A stretch of DNA of 24,000 bases from Acinetobacter ihumii (GTDB lineage: Bacteria; Pseudomonadota; Gammaproteobacteria; Pseudomonadales; Moraxellaceae): assembly GCF_900625095.1 (NCBI RefSeq), contig NZ_LR130760.1, positions 1,455,665-1,479,664 on the forward strand. The letters run 5' to 3'. The position numbers and the translations under genes are program-made. A model generated the notes under the pieces. It did no database searches, had not been told where the DNA came from, and saw nothing but the letters and a program-made list of their open reading frames with translations. Position 1 is the first letter of the stretch. Each line of letters starts with the position of its first letter. Shown in pieces: positions 16,498 to 24,000 of the stretch.

Positions 16498-17637
16498 TTG
16501 AGCACCCCCGCCATTTTAGCCCTTGCTGATGGAACGATCTTTAAAGGTACGTCTATTGGTGCAACGGGATCAACGACTGGTGAAGTCGTTTTTAACACAG
16601 CCATGACAGGCTACCAAGAAATTCTGACCGATCCAAGTTATGCACAACAACTTGTGACCTTAACTTATCCACACATTGGTAATACTGGATGTAATACAGA
16701 AGATCATGAATCTGGTCGTATTCATAAAGTTTGGGCCAACGGTTTAATCATTCGTGACCTTCCACTGCTCCACAGTAATTTCCGTGCTGAACAATCATTG
16801 GGCGACTACTTACAACAACATAATGTCGTTGCGATTGCGGATATTGATACCCGTAAATTAACCCGTATTTTACGTGACAAGGGCGCGCAAAATGGTTGCA
16901 TCCTTGCAGGTGAAAATATCACTGAAGAAGAAGCCATTGCTAAAGCACGTGCATTTGGTGGTTTAAACGGTTTAGATCTGGCGAAAGAATGCTGCGACCC
17001 AACGGGTTTTGAATGGACTGAAGGTTCATGGCAACTGGGACAGGGCTTTACTCAACCTGAATTAAAATATCATGTAGTTGCATACGATTATGGTGTCAAA
17101 ACCAACATCCTGCGTATGCTAGCAGATCGTGGCTGTAAGCTTACGGTTGTGCCTGCTCAAACACCTGCTGAAAAAGTATTGGCTTTAAATCCAGATGGCG
17201 TGTTTTTATCCAATGGTCCGGGCGATCCTGCGGCTTGTGATTATGCCATTGAAGCGGTTAAAACCATTGTAGAAACCACTCACTTACCTGTTTTTGGTAT
17301 TTGTTTGGGGCATCAGATTTTAGCGCTTGCCTCAGGTGCCAAAACCATGAAAATGAATCATGGTCATCACGGTGCTAACCATCCTGTACAAAACTTAGAA
17401 AAAGGTACAGTGATGATTACTTCTCAAAACCATGGCTTCGCGGTAGATGAAAGTACCTTACCAACAAACTTGAAAGTGACACATCGCTCATTGTTTGATG
17501 GTACAAACCAAGGGATTCATCGTACTGATAAACCAGCATTTAGCTTTCAGGGTCATCCTGAAGCGAGTCCGGGTCCACACGACTGTGCCCCATTGTTCGA
17601 TCATTTTATCGAACTTATCGAAGCCGCTAAGAAGTAA
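16498..17637 (+). CDS. carA: Carbamoyl-phosphate synthase small (glutaminase) subunit
   Basis: 379 aa. TTG start 7 nt after AGGAG. GATase triad region GICLGHQ and the HGANHPV block. Confidence 0.95.
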   Translation: MSTPAILALADGTIFKGTSIGATGSTTGEVVFNTAMTGYQEILTDPSYAQQLVTLTYPHIGNTGCNTEDHESGRIHKVWANGLIIRDLPLLHSNFRAEQSLGDYLQQHNVVAIADIDTRKLTRILRDKGAQNGCILAGENITEEEAIAKARAFGGLNGLDLAKECCDPTGFEWTEGSWQLGQGFTQPELKYHVVAYDYGVKTNILRMLADRGCKLTVVPAQTPAEKVLALNPDGVFLSNGPGDPAACDYAIEAVKTIVETTHLPVFGICLGHQILALASGAKTMKMNHGHHGANHPVQNLEKGTVMITSQNHGFAVDESTLPTNLKVTHRSLFDGTNQGIHRTDKPAFSFQGHPEASPGPHDCAPLFDHFIELIEAAKK

Positions 17638-17651
17638 TTAAGGAGCGAATA

Positions 17652-20600
17652 ATGCCTAAACGTACAGACATAAAAAGCATCTTAATTATTGGTGCGGGTC
17701 CTATTGTGATTGGTCAAGCTTGCGAGTTTGACTATTCAGGCGCACAAGCGTGTAAAGCCCTGCGCGAAGAAGGTTATCGCGTTATTTTGGTGAACTCGAA
17801 CCCTGCGACCATTATGACTGACCCGTCAATGGCGGATGCGACTTATATTGAGCCGATCACATGGCAAACGGTTGCACAGATCATTGAAAAAGAACGTCCA
17901 GATGCAGTTCTTCCAACCATGGGTGGTCAAACAGCATTGAACTGTGCGCTCGCACTTGATGAGAATGGTGTCCTTGCAAAATATGGCGTTGAATTAATTG
18001 GTGCAAGCAAAGACGCCATTGAAAAAGCTGAAGACCGTAAGCTGTTCGATATCGCTATGCGTAAGATCGGACTCGAATGTCCTCGTGCTGATGTTGCTGA
18101 AAGCATGGAGCATGCTTTAGAAATTCAGTCACGTTTTGGTTTTCCTGTGATCATTCGCCCGTCATTTACGATGGGTGGTTCAGGTGGCGGTATTGCCTAC
18201 AATAAAGAAGAATTTATTGAAATCTGCGAACGTGGTTTCGATCTTTCTCCTACCAAACAATTATTGATTGATGAATCATTGATTGGCTGGAAAGAGTACG
18301 AAATGGAAGTGGTTCGTGACAAAAACGACAACTGCATTATCGTCTGTGCCATCGAAAACTTTGACCCAATGGGTGTGCATACTGGTGACTCAATCACAGT
18401 TGCGCCTGCTCAAACATTAACAGACAAAGAATATCAGATCATGCGTAATGCATCGATTGCGGTTCTGCGTGAAATTGGGGTGGAAACAGGCGGTTCAAAC
18501 GTTCAGTTTGGTATTAACCCGAAAGATGGTCGTATGGTGGTCATCGAGATGAACCCACGTGTATCCCGTTCATCTGCCCTTGCCTCTAAAGCAACAGGTT
18601 TCCCAATTGCGAAAATCGCGGCAAAACTTGCCGTCGGTTATACGCTAGATGAGTTAAAAAATGATATTACAGGTGGAACAACTCCTGCATCATTTGAACC
18701 ATCAATCGATTATGTGGTCACTAAAATTCCTCGTTTTAACTTCGAGAAATTCCCACAAGCTGAACCTGTGCTCACCACTCAGATGAAATCTGTCGGTGAA
18801 GTTATGGCGATTGGTCGTAACTTCCAAGAGTCTGTTCAAAAAGCACTGCGTGGTCTTGAAGTCGGTGCGTGTGGCTTTGATGAAAAAATCGAAGTCGGTA
18901 CAGCAGGTGCTAAAGACAAACTGCTTCAGGAACTTAAAGTTCCAGGACCTGAGCGTATCTGGTATGTTGCAGATGCTTTCCGTCATGGCTTTAGTTTGGA
19001 TGAAGTGTTTGAAGCGACCAAGATTGATCGTTGGTTCTTAATTCAAATTGAAGATATCATCAAAACTGAACAGCAAATTAAAACTTTAGGTTTTGGTGAT
19101 TTAAATGCAGATAATATTCGTGCATTTAAACGCAAAGGCTTGTCTGACCTTCGTATTGCCAATTTGATGGGTATTTCACAAAAGCAATTCCGTAAACATC
19201 GCTGGAATTTGGGCGTTATGCCTGTTTACAAGCGTGTAGATACCTGTGCTGCTGAATTTGAATCTTCAACAGCGTATATGTACTCTACTTACGATGAAGA
19301 ATGCGAAGCTAATCCATCTAGCCGTGACAAAATCATGGTGATTGGCGGCGGTCCAAACCGTATTGGCCAAGGGATCGAGTTTGATTATTGTTGCGTTCAT
19401 GCTGCACTTGCCATGCGTGATGATGGCTATGAAACCATTATGGTCAACTGTAACCCTGAAACGGTTTCAACCGATTATGACACTTCTGATCGTTTATACT
19501 TTGAACCGATTACACTCGAAGATGTTCTTGAAATTGTACGCGTTGAGAAACCTAAAGGCATTATCGTTCAGTATGGCGGTCAAACACCATTGAAATTGGC
19601 ACGTGCTTTGGAAGAAGCTGGCGCACCGATTATTGGTACATCACCTGATGCGATTGACCGCGCTGAAGACCGTGAACGTTTCCAGCAAATGATTCAACGT
19701 TTGCAGCTTCGCCAACCGAACAACAGCATTGTCAAATCTGCTGAAGAAGGAATTTCTGAAGCTGCAAAAGTCGGCTATCCACTAGTGGTTCGTCCATCTT
19801 ATGTATTGGGTGGTCGCGCGATGGAAATCGTGTATAACGAAGAAGAACTGAAACGTTATCTTCGTGAAGCCGTTCAGGCATCTAATGAAGCCCCTGTTCT
19901 TCTGGATCGTTTCCTTGATGATGCAACAGAAGTCGATGTTGACTGTGTTTCTGACGGGAAAGATGTCGTGATCGGTGGAATCATGCAGCACATTGAACAA
20001 GCTGGGATTCACTCTGGTGACTCTGCATGTTCGATTCCACCTTACTCATTGTCTCAAGAAGTACAAGACGAAATGCGTCGTCAAACCGTTGCCATGGCTA
20101 AAGAGCTGGGTGTGGTCGGTTTAATGAACGTGCAGTTTGCAGTCAAAGGCAACGACATTTATGTGCTTGAAGTGAATCCACGTGCATCACGTACCGTTCC
20201 TTTCGTTTCCAAATGTATTGGTGAATCTTTGGCGAAAGTAGCTGCACGTTGCATGGCGGGTCAATCGCTTGCATCACAAGGTTTCACTCAAGAAATCATT
20301 CCAACTCACTTTGCTGTGAAAGAAGCTGTTTTCCCATTCGCTAAATTCCAAGGCGTTGATCCAATGCTTGGGCCAGAAATGAAGTCAACTGGTGAAGTGA
20401 TGGGCGTGGGTAAAACTTTTGGTGAAGCATTCTACAAAGCAGTCTTGGGTTCTAACGAGCGTTTGCCGGGATTACCAACTGAAGGCGAAGTCAAGCATGC
20501 GTTCTTGTCTGTACGTGAGTCAGATAAGAAATATATTGCTGATATTGCGAAAAAACTGATTGAGTATGGCTTCAAATTGGTCGCAACAGGTGGAACTTAT

Positions 20601-20885
20601 CAAGTACTTAAAGACGCGGGACTAGAGTGTGAACGTGTAAATAAAGTAACTGAAGGTCGCCCACATATTGTTGACCGCTTGAAAAATGGTGAAATACACC
20701 TTATTGTCAATACCACTGAAGGTAAACAGGCTCAGTATGATTCTGCTATGATTCGTCGTGCTGCCCTCCAAGGCAAAGTGTATTACACCACCACGATTAA
20801 TGGTGCTGAAGCGGTTTGCCAAGCCTTTGCAATTCAATTACCAATGGATGTATATCGCTTGCAAGATTTACAAACTGTAGGTTAA
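17652..20885 (+). CDS. carB: Carbamoyl-phosphate synthase large subunit
   Basis: 1077 aa. Duplicated ATP-grasp halves, an oligomerisation domain and a C-terminal MGS-like allosteric domain. SD aaggag upstream. Confidence 0.97.
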   Translation: MPKRTDIKSILIIGAGPIVIGQACEFDYSGAQACKALREEGYRVILVNSNPATIMTDPSMADATYIEPITWQTVAQIIEKERPDAVLPTMGGQTALNCALALDENGVLAKYGVELIGASKDAIEKAEDRKLFDIAMRKIGLECPRADVAESMEHALEIQSRFGFPVIIRPSFTMGGSGGGIAYNKEEFIEICERGFDLSPTKQLLIDESLIGWKEYEMEVVRDKNDNCIIVCAIENFDPMGVHTGDSITVAPAQTLTDKEYQIMRNASIAVLREIGVETGGSNVQFGINPKDGRMVVIEMNPRVSRSSALASKATGFPIAKIAAKLAVGYTLDELKNDITGGTTPASFEPSIDYVVTKIPRFNFEKFPQAEPVLTTQMKSVGEVMAIGRNFQESVQKALRGLEVGACGFDEKIEVGTAGAKDKLLQELKVPGPERIWYVADAFRHGFSLDEVFEATKIDRWFLIQIEDIIKTEQQIKTLGFGDLNADNIRAFKRKGLSDLRIANLMGISQKQFRKHRWNLGVMPVYKRVDTCAAEFESSTAYMYSTYDEECEANPSSRDKIMVIGGGPNRIGQGIEFDYCCVHAALAMRDDGYETIMVNCNPETVSTDYDTSDRLYFEPITLEDVLEIVRVEKPKGIIVQYGGQTPLKLARALEEAGAPIIGTSPDAIDRAEDRERFQQMIQRLQLRQPNNSIVKSAEEGISEAAKVGYPLVVRPSYVLGGRAMEIVYNEEELKRYLREAVQASNEAPVLLDRFLDDATEVDVDCVSDGKDVVIGGIMQHIEQAGIHSGDSACSIPPYSLSQEVQDEMRRQTVAMAKELGVVGLMNVQFAVKGNDIYVLEVNPRASRTVPFVSKCIGESLAKVAARCMAGQSLASQGFTQEIIPTHFAVKEAVFPFAKFQGVDPMLGPEMKSTGEVMGVGKTFGEAFYKAVLGSNERLPGLPTEGEVKHAFLSVRESDKKYIADIAKKLIEYGFKLVATGGTYQVLKDAGLECERVNKVTEGRPHIVDRLKNGEIHLIVNTTEGKQAQYDSAMIRRAALQGKVYYTTTINGAEAVCQAFAIQLPMDVYRLQDLQTVG

Positions 20886-20900
20886 TTCGTTACCGATAAG

Positions 20901-20936
20901 CCCGTCACCTTATCGGTGGCGGGTTTTTTATTTTTT
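20901..20936 (+). terminator. Intrinsic terminator after carB
   Basis: cccgtcacc (20901-20909) / ggtggcggg (20915-20923): 9 bp with one G.U and loop ttatc, followed by TTTTTTATTTTTT. Confidence 0.75.
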
Positions 20937-20972
20937 AAAAGCTAAACTCTCATTTCATTTAGAGGGACTAAA

Positions 20973-21449
20973 ATGCAACGTTATCCTATGACGCCTGAGG
21001 GCAAAGAAGCCCTTGAAAAAGAATTGCAGCATTTAAAAAGTGTTGAACGTCCACGTATTATTCAAGCGATTGCTGAAGCACGTGAACACGGTGATTTAAA
21101 AGAAAACGCCGAATACCATGCTGCGCGTGAACAACAAGGTTTTTGTGAAGGGCGTATTCAGGACATCGAAGGTAAATTAGGTGCAGCTCAAGTCATTGAT
21201 GTCAAAGAACTTGAACAAAATGGTCGTGTGGTTTTTGGGGTGACTGTCACCATTGAAAATCTGGACACTGAAGAGCGTAAAACCTATAAAATTGTAGGGG
21301 ATGACGAAGCTGACTTTAAGATTAATAAAATTTCAGTAAATTCACCCATCGCACGTGGACTTTTAGGTAAAAATGAAGGTGATGACGCGAAAATTGTCAC
21401 TCCACAAGGCGAAGTTGAATATGAAGTGGTTAGTGTTGAATATCTCTAA
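20973..21449 (+). CDS. greA: Transcript cleavage / elongation factor GreA
   Basis: 158 aa. N-terminal coiled coil with the conserved acidic tip ([16 protein letters not shown]) and a C-terminal globular domain. SD agaggga upstream. Confidence 0.95.
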   Translation: MQRYPMTPEGKEALEKELQHLKSVERPRIIQAIAEAREHGDLKENAEYHAAREQQGFCEGRIQDIEGKLGAAQVIDVKELEQNGRVVFGVTVTIENLDTEERKTYKIVGDDEADFKINKISVNSPIARGLLGKNEGDDAKIVTPQGEVEYEVVSVEYL

Positions 21450-21485
21450 ATATTGATCGCTTTAAAATACATCAGACCTTAACCA

Positions 21486-21542
21486 GATATCCAGATTTAG
21501 AAATTTTATATGAAATTGTCTGAATCTGGATATTGTGTTTTT
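21486..21542 (+). terminator. Long hairpin terminator after greA
   Basis: atatccagatt (21487-21497) pairs perfectly with aatctggatat (21523-21533). TTTTT (21538-21542) begins 4 nt after the stem. Confidence 0.6.
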
Positions 21543-21720
21543 ATTTAGAAAATATTCAACTAAACCCATTTACTGTCTTTATATTGCTCTATATGGATTA
21601 TTTTATCTCGAGCATCCTATTCAGTCGTGCTCAAATCCTTCATAGCATTAATAATTTGACGGATAGTTGAGTATCACTGATATGAGTTTTATTCAAACCT
21701 TATTTACATGATGACTTTGA

Positions 21721-21756
21721 TGATCGTACTAATACTTATGATCATACTAATACTAA
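21721..21756 (+). repeat. Tandem 18-nt direct repeat (2 units, 16/18 identical)
   Basis: tgatcgtactaatactta (21721-21738) followed by tgatcatactaatactaa (21739-21756), in the greA-usp intergenic region. Confidence 0.85.
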
Positions 21757-21878
21757 AGCCATCTACAAAAGTGGATTGTTGCCTAGCGCTATTTCTGCTA
21801 AAAATAAAGACAAAGATTGATCACCTTATTTTTTTATTCATAAAACCTTCATTTAAAAATTTAAATTGAGACAATAAT

Positions 21879-22316
21879 ATGAGCTATCAACATATTTTGG
21901 TGTGCGTCGATGATTCAGATCTCTCCCTAAAAGCACTTGAACATAGCATCCAGTTGGCCAAAGATTTGGGCAGTACAGTAACCGTACTAGAGGTGCTTGA
22001 GCTTGACCCAATGATTGCTCAGGACTACATCAATAAAGGTCAAAGCAATGTACTCATTGATCGTGCTAAAGATTATATTTTAAAGTCTTTGGAAAATATC
22101 AAAACCCAGTATTCAGAAGATCATGTCGTCTTAAATATTCAATACCGTGAAGGGTTCTCAATTTCAGATACTATTATACAAACACTTGCTGAACTCCATA
22201 CCGATCTAGTCGTAATGGGTTCACATGGCCGTACTGGGCTAAAAAAACTGGTTCTAGGCAGTGTTGCCCAGAAGGTGCTCGCGCAAAGTCCTATTCCTGT
22301 GCTCATTGTCAAATAA
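21879..22316 (+). CDS. Universal stress protein (UspA family, ATP-binding type)
   Basis: 145 aa. MSYQHILVCVD start and the ATP-binding motif GSHGRTGLKKLVLGSV. Confidence 0.88.
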   Translation: MSYQHILVCVDDSDLSLKALEHSIQLAKDLGSTVTVLEVLELDPMIAQDYINKGQSNVLIDRAKDYILKSLENIKTQYSEDHVVLNIQYREGFSISDTIIQTLAELHTDLVVMGSHGRTGLKKLVLGSVAQKVLAQSPIPVLIVK

Positions 22317-22335
22317 CTAGATACTTGAAAAGCGG

Positions 22336-22644
22336 TTAAGTCCACTGATAGTGTTTCAGTTTGACTTTTCCGTTTAGCACCACGACCCCTTCTTCAAGAA
22401 GTTTAACTTGTTGAAGATTATTACCGTGCTGATCAAGATGAGTGGTACTAATTTGACCTTGTGCATTTATCACCCGATGCCAAGGAATGTCATGTTGATC
22501 ATCTAGTTGAGCCAAGACTTGCCCAACAAGTCGGGCATGTTTAGGTAAACCTGCCATTTTTGCAATCTGTCCATAGCTGGCGACTTTACCATGCGGAATA
22601 AGTGCAACCACTTGCAATATTTGTATATAAAGCTCGTTTGACAT
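22336..22644 (-). CDS. Alkyltransferase-like protein (MGMT DNA-binding domain without the acceptor Cys)
   Basis: 102 aa. MGMT/Ogt C-terminal-domain fold (GKVASYGQIA). The active-site PCHRV is replaced by PWHRV (DIPWHRVIN), the hallmark of ATL proteins such as E. coli YbaZ. Confidence 0.85.
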   Translation of the reverse strand: MSNELYIQILQVVALIPHGKVASYGQIAKMAGLPKHARLVGQVLAQLDDQHDIPWHRVINAQGQISTTHLDQHGNNLQQVKLLEEGVVVLNGKVKLKHYQWT

Positions 22645-22903
22645 ATTCTTTGAACACTACTTAGCTTGCTGAATTTTGCTTAATTCATACCTGCACTGCA
22701 ACTTAAACTTTAGTGCGATAGACACAAAATAGTTTATTAATTATGCTATTTTAAATCCATATTGAATGGCTCAAGCCAATTACTCAATATATAAAGTCAA
22801 AATATACGAAAAAATGCCTCTCTCAGTTTGATGCTGAATACTGTTAAAACGGCTTAAAAGAATAGATTAAATCGAAATTTTATAATCAAAAAGGAGTTTA
22901 CTC

Positions 22904-23347
22904 ATGTCATATCAACATATTCTAGTTCCTGTTGATGGTTCAAATACAGCTTTTGCCGCAGTGATCGAAGCCGCTAAACTTGCAAAAACCTATAACAGTA
23001 AAGTCACAATTTTACTGGTGGTCACGGTTGATCCTTTTATTGGCGTAGAATATATCAATGCAGAAAGTCAAAAAGAAGATGCCATTAAACATGGTCAAGC
23101 CATGATCAATGAAATTTTGAGTGAAGCTCAACAAGCCTTTACTGCACAAGGTGTAGAGGCTGAAACCAAACTGGTTGAAGGTCAGGAAATTGATAAAGAA
23201 ATTGCCCATGCAGCCCATGAAATCCAAGCTGATTTAATCGTGATCGGCTCGCATGGTCGCACAGGCTTTAAAAAACTGATGTTGGGAAGTGTCACCCAAA
23301 AATTGTTAGGCGAAATTCATCTGCCTGTTTTGGTTGTGCGCGGATAA
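22904..23347 (+). CDS. Universal stress protein (UspA family, ATP-binding type), paralogue of 21879..22316
   Basis: 147 aa. Identical first 8 residues MSYQHILV and motif GSHGRTGFKKLMLGSV. Strong SD aaaggag 7 nt upstream. Confidence 0.88.
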   Translation: MSYQHILVPVDGSNTAFAAVIEAAKLAKTYNSKVTILLVVTVDPFIGVEYINAESQKEDAIKHGQAMINEILSEAQQAFTAQGVEAETKLVEGQEIDKEIAHAAHEIQADLIVIGSHGRTGFKKLMLGSVTQKLLGEIHLPVLVVRG

Positions 23348-23366
23348 ATATTTTCCTGACACGTGC

Positions 23367-23405
23367 AAAAACTAATAAAGAGAATCATCTGATTCTCTTT
23401 ATTAG
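23367..23405 (-). terminator. Hairpin terminator after ppk (between convergent usp and ppk)
   Basis: Perfect 15-bp inverted repeat ctaataaagagaatc (23372-23386) / gattctctttattag (23391-23405), loop atct. The T5 tract follows only on the minus strand, as the complement of a23367-23371. Confidence 0.7.
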
Positions 23406-23415
23406 CGCATTTAAC

Positions 23416-24000
23416 TTACTTAAAAATTTCCAATAAGGTGTGCTGGGCATTATGTGGTTGCTCACCTTCAGCAGGTTGTGCACGTACCCATGTACCATTC
23501 CCCTGTAATAACCATGCTTGTTGGTTGTCTTTTAAATAGTTGACTAAACCTTGTTGATAAATCCGTTTTTTCAAGGCTGCATCTTCAATTGGGAAACACG
23601 CCTCTACGCGATTAAATAGATTACGATCCATCCAGTCTGCACTTGAGCAATAAATTCGCGCATCGCCATTATTGCTAAAGTAATATACACGCGTATGTTC
23701 TAAAAAACGTCCTACAATGGAACGGACACGAATATTTTCTGAAAGTCCCGGTAAACCCGGACGTAAACTACAAATTGAACGGATAATCAGGTCAATTTGC
23801 ACCCCTGCCTGCGAAGCTTCATACAATTTATTAATCAGTTGCATTTCCGTCAAAGCATTCACTTTAACAATGATTTGAGCTGGTTTGCCTGCTTTGGCAT
23901 TGGCAATTTCATCATCAATGTAATGAACAAGTTGAGCATGTAAGGTAAACGGCGCGTGCAAAAGTTTCTTTAACTTCGCCATTTTGCCCATTCCAGTCAA
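23416..24000 (-). CDS. ppk: Polyphosphate kinase 1, C-terminal part (N-terminus lies beyond the window edge)
   Basis: The 194 aa shown match the PPK1 C-terminal PLD-like domain ([15 protein letters not shown]). The apparent TTG start at 24000 is an artefact of the window edge. Confidence 0.9.
   Translation of the reverse strand: MTGMGKMAKLKKLLHAPFTLHAQLVHYIDDEIANAKAGKPAQIIVKVNALTEMQLINKLYEASQAGVQIDLIIRSICSLRPGLPGLSENIRVRSIVGRFLEHTRVYYFSNNGDARIYCSSADWMDRNLFNRVEACFPIEDAALKKRIYQQGLVNYLKDNQQAWLLQGNGTWVRAQPAEGEQPHNAQHTLLEIFK

Noticed and set aside
22645-22903. Inverted repeat TGGCT-ca-AGCCA and FNR/ANR-like half sites in the ATL / usp2 divergent region
   Set aside because: The arms are 5 bp only, and the TTGAT half-sites lack the ATCAA partner. 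That is insufficient to call a regulatory site.
23998-24000. TTG 'start codon' of the ppk ORF at the last three bases of the window
   Set aside because: It is an artefact of the window boundary. PPK1 is about 690 aa and only its C-terminal 194 residues are present.
1-24000. Scan for CRISPR arrays, IS/transposon ends, integrons, long inverted repeats, restriction-modification, toxin-antitoxin or other defence modules
   Set aside because: The only repeat families found are the tRNA-Leu duplication and one 18-nt tandem repeat. Every long ORF has a housekeeping or generic assignment, and the only methyltransferases are rRNA/protein-type enzymes with no partner nuclease.

Overview
This window reads as ordinary chromosomal core of an AT-rich gammaproteobacterium. 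Gene content and order look Acinetobacter/Moraxellaceae-like: GTP-type pckG, glpD, folD, tRNA-Cys/Leu, folP-ftsH-rlmE divergent from yhbY, carA-carB-greA and ppk, with several TTG/GTG starts. That placement is inference; no search was run. I support 24 protein-coding genes. Two are cut by the window edges, and the one at 1..710 is absent from the supplied ORF track. I also support 3 tRNA genes (Cys-GCA and two identical Leu-UAA), about a dozen hairpin terminators and a few promoter/leader candidates. I see no IS element, integrase, CRISPR array, toxin-antitoxin pair or recognisable defence or secretion cluster, and I did not find a convincing novel multi-gene system. The best leads are small-scale. 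(1) A Phe/U-rich leader ORF runs through a terminator-like hairpin in front of carA, a candidate pyrimidine attenuator. (2) A 1750-bp direct duplication of tRNA-Leu(UAA) plus its trailer brackets a glycerate kinase and a small membrane protein. (3) A conserved hairpin pairs the tRNA-Leu 3' CCA end with its trailer. (4) An unlisted 53-codon hydrophobic ORF, built on an 18-nt tandem repeat, lies just upstream of a usp gene. (5) A catalytically dead alkyltransferase-like (PWHRV) gene sits between two usp paralogues. (6) A lipid-kinase and a metallophosphoesterase gene overlap by 20 nt. All functional calls come from motif recognition by eye, and none was verified by database search.
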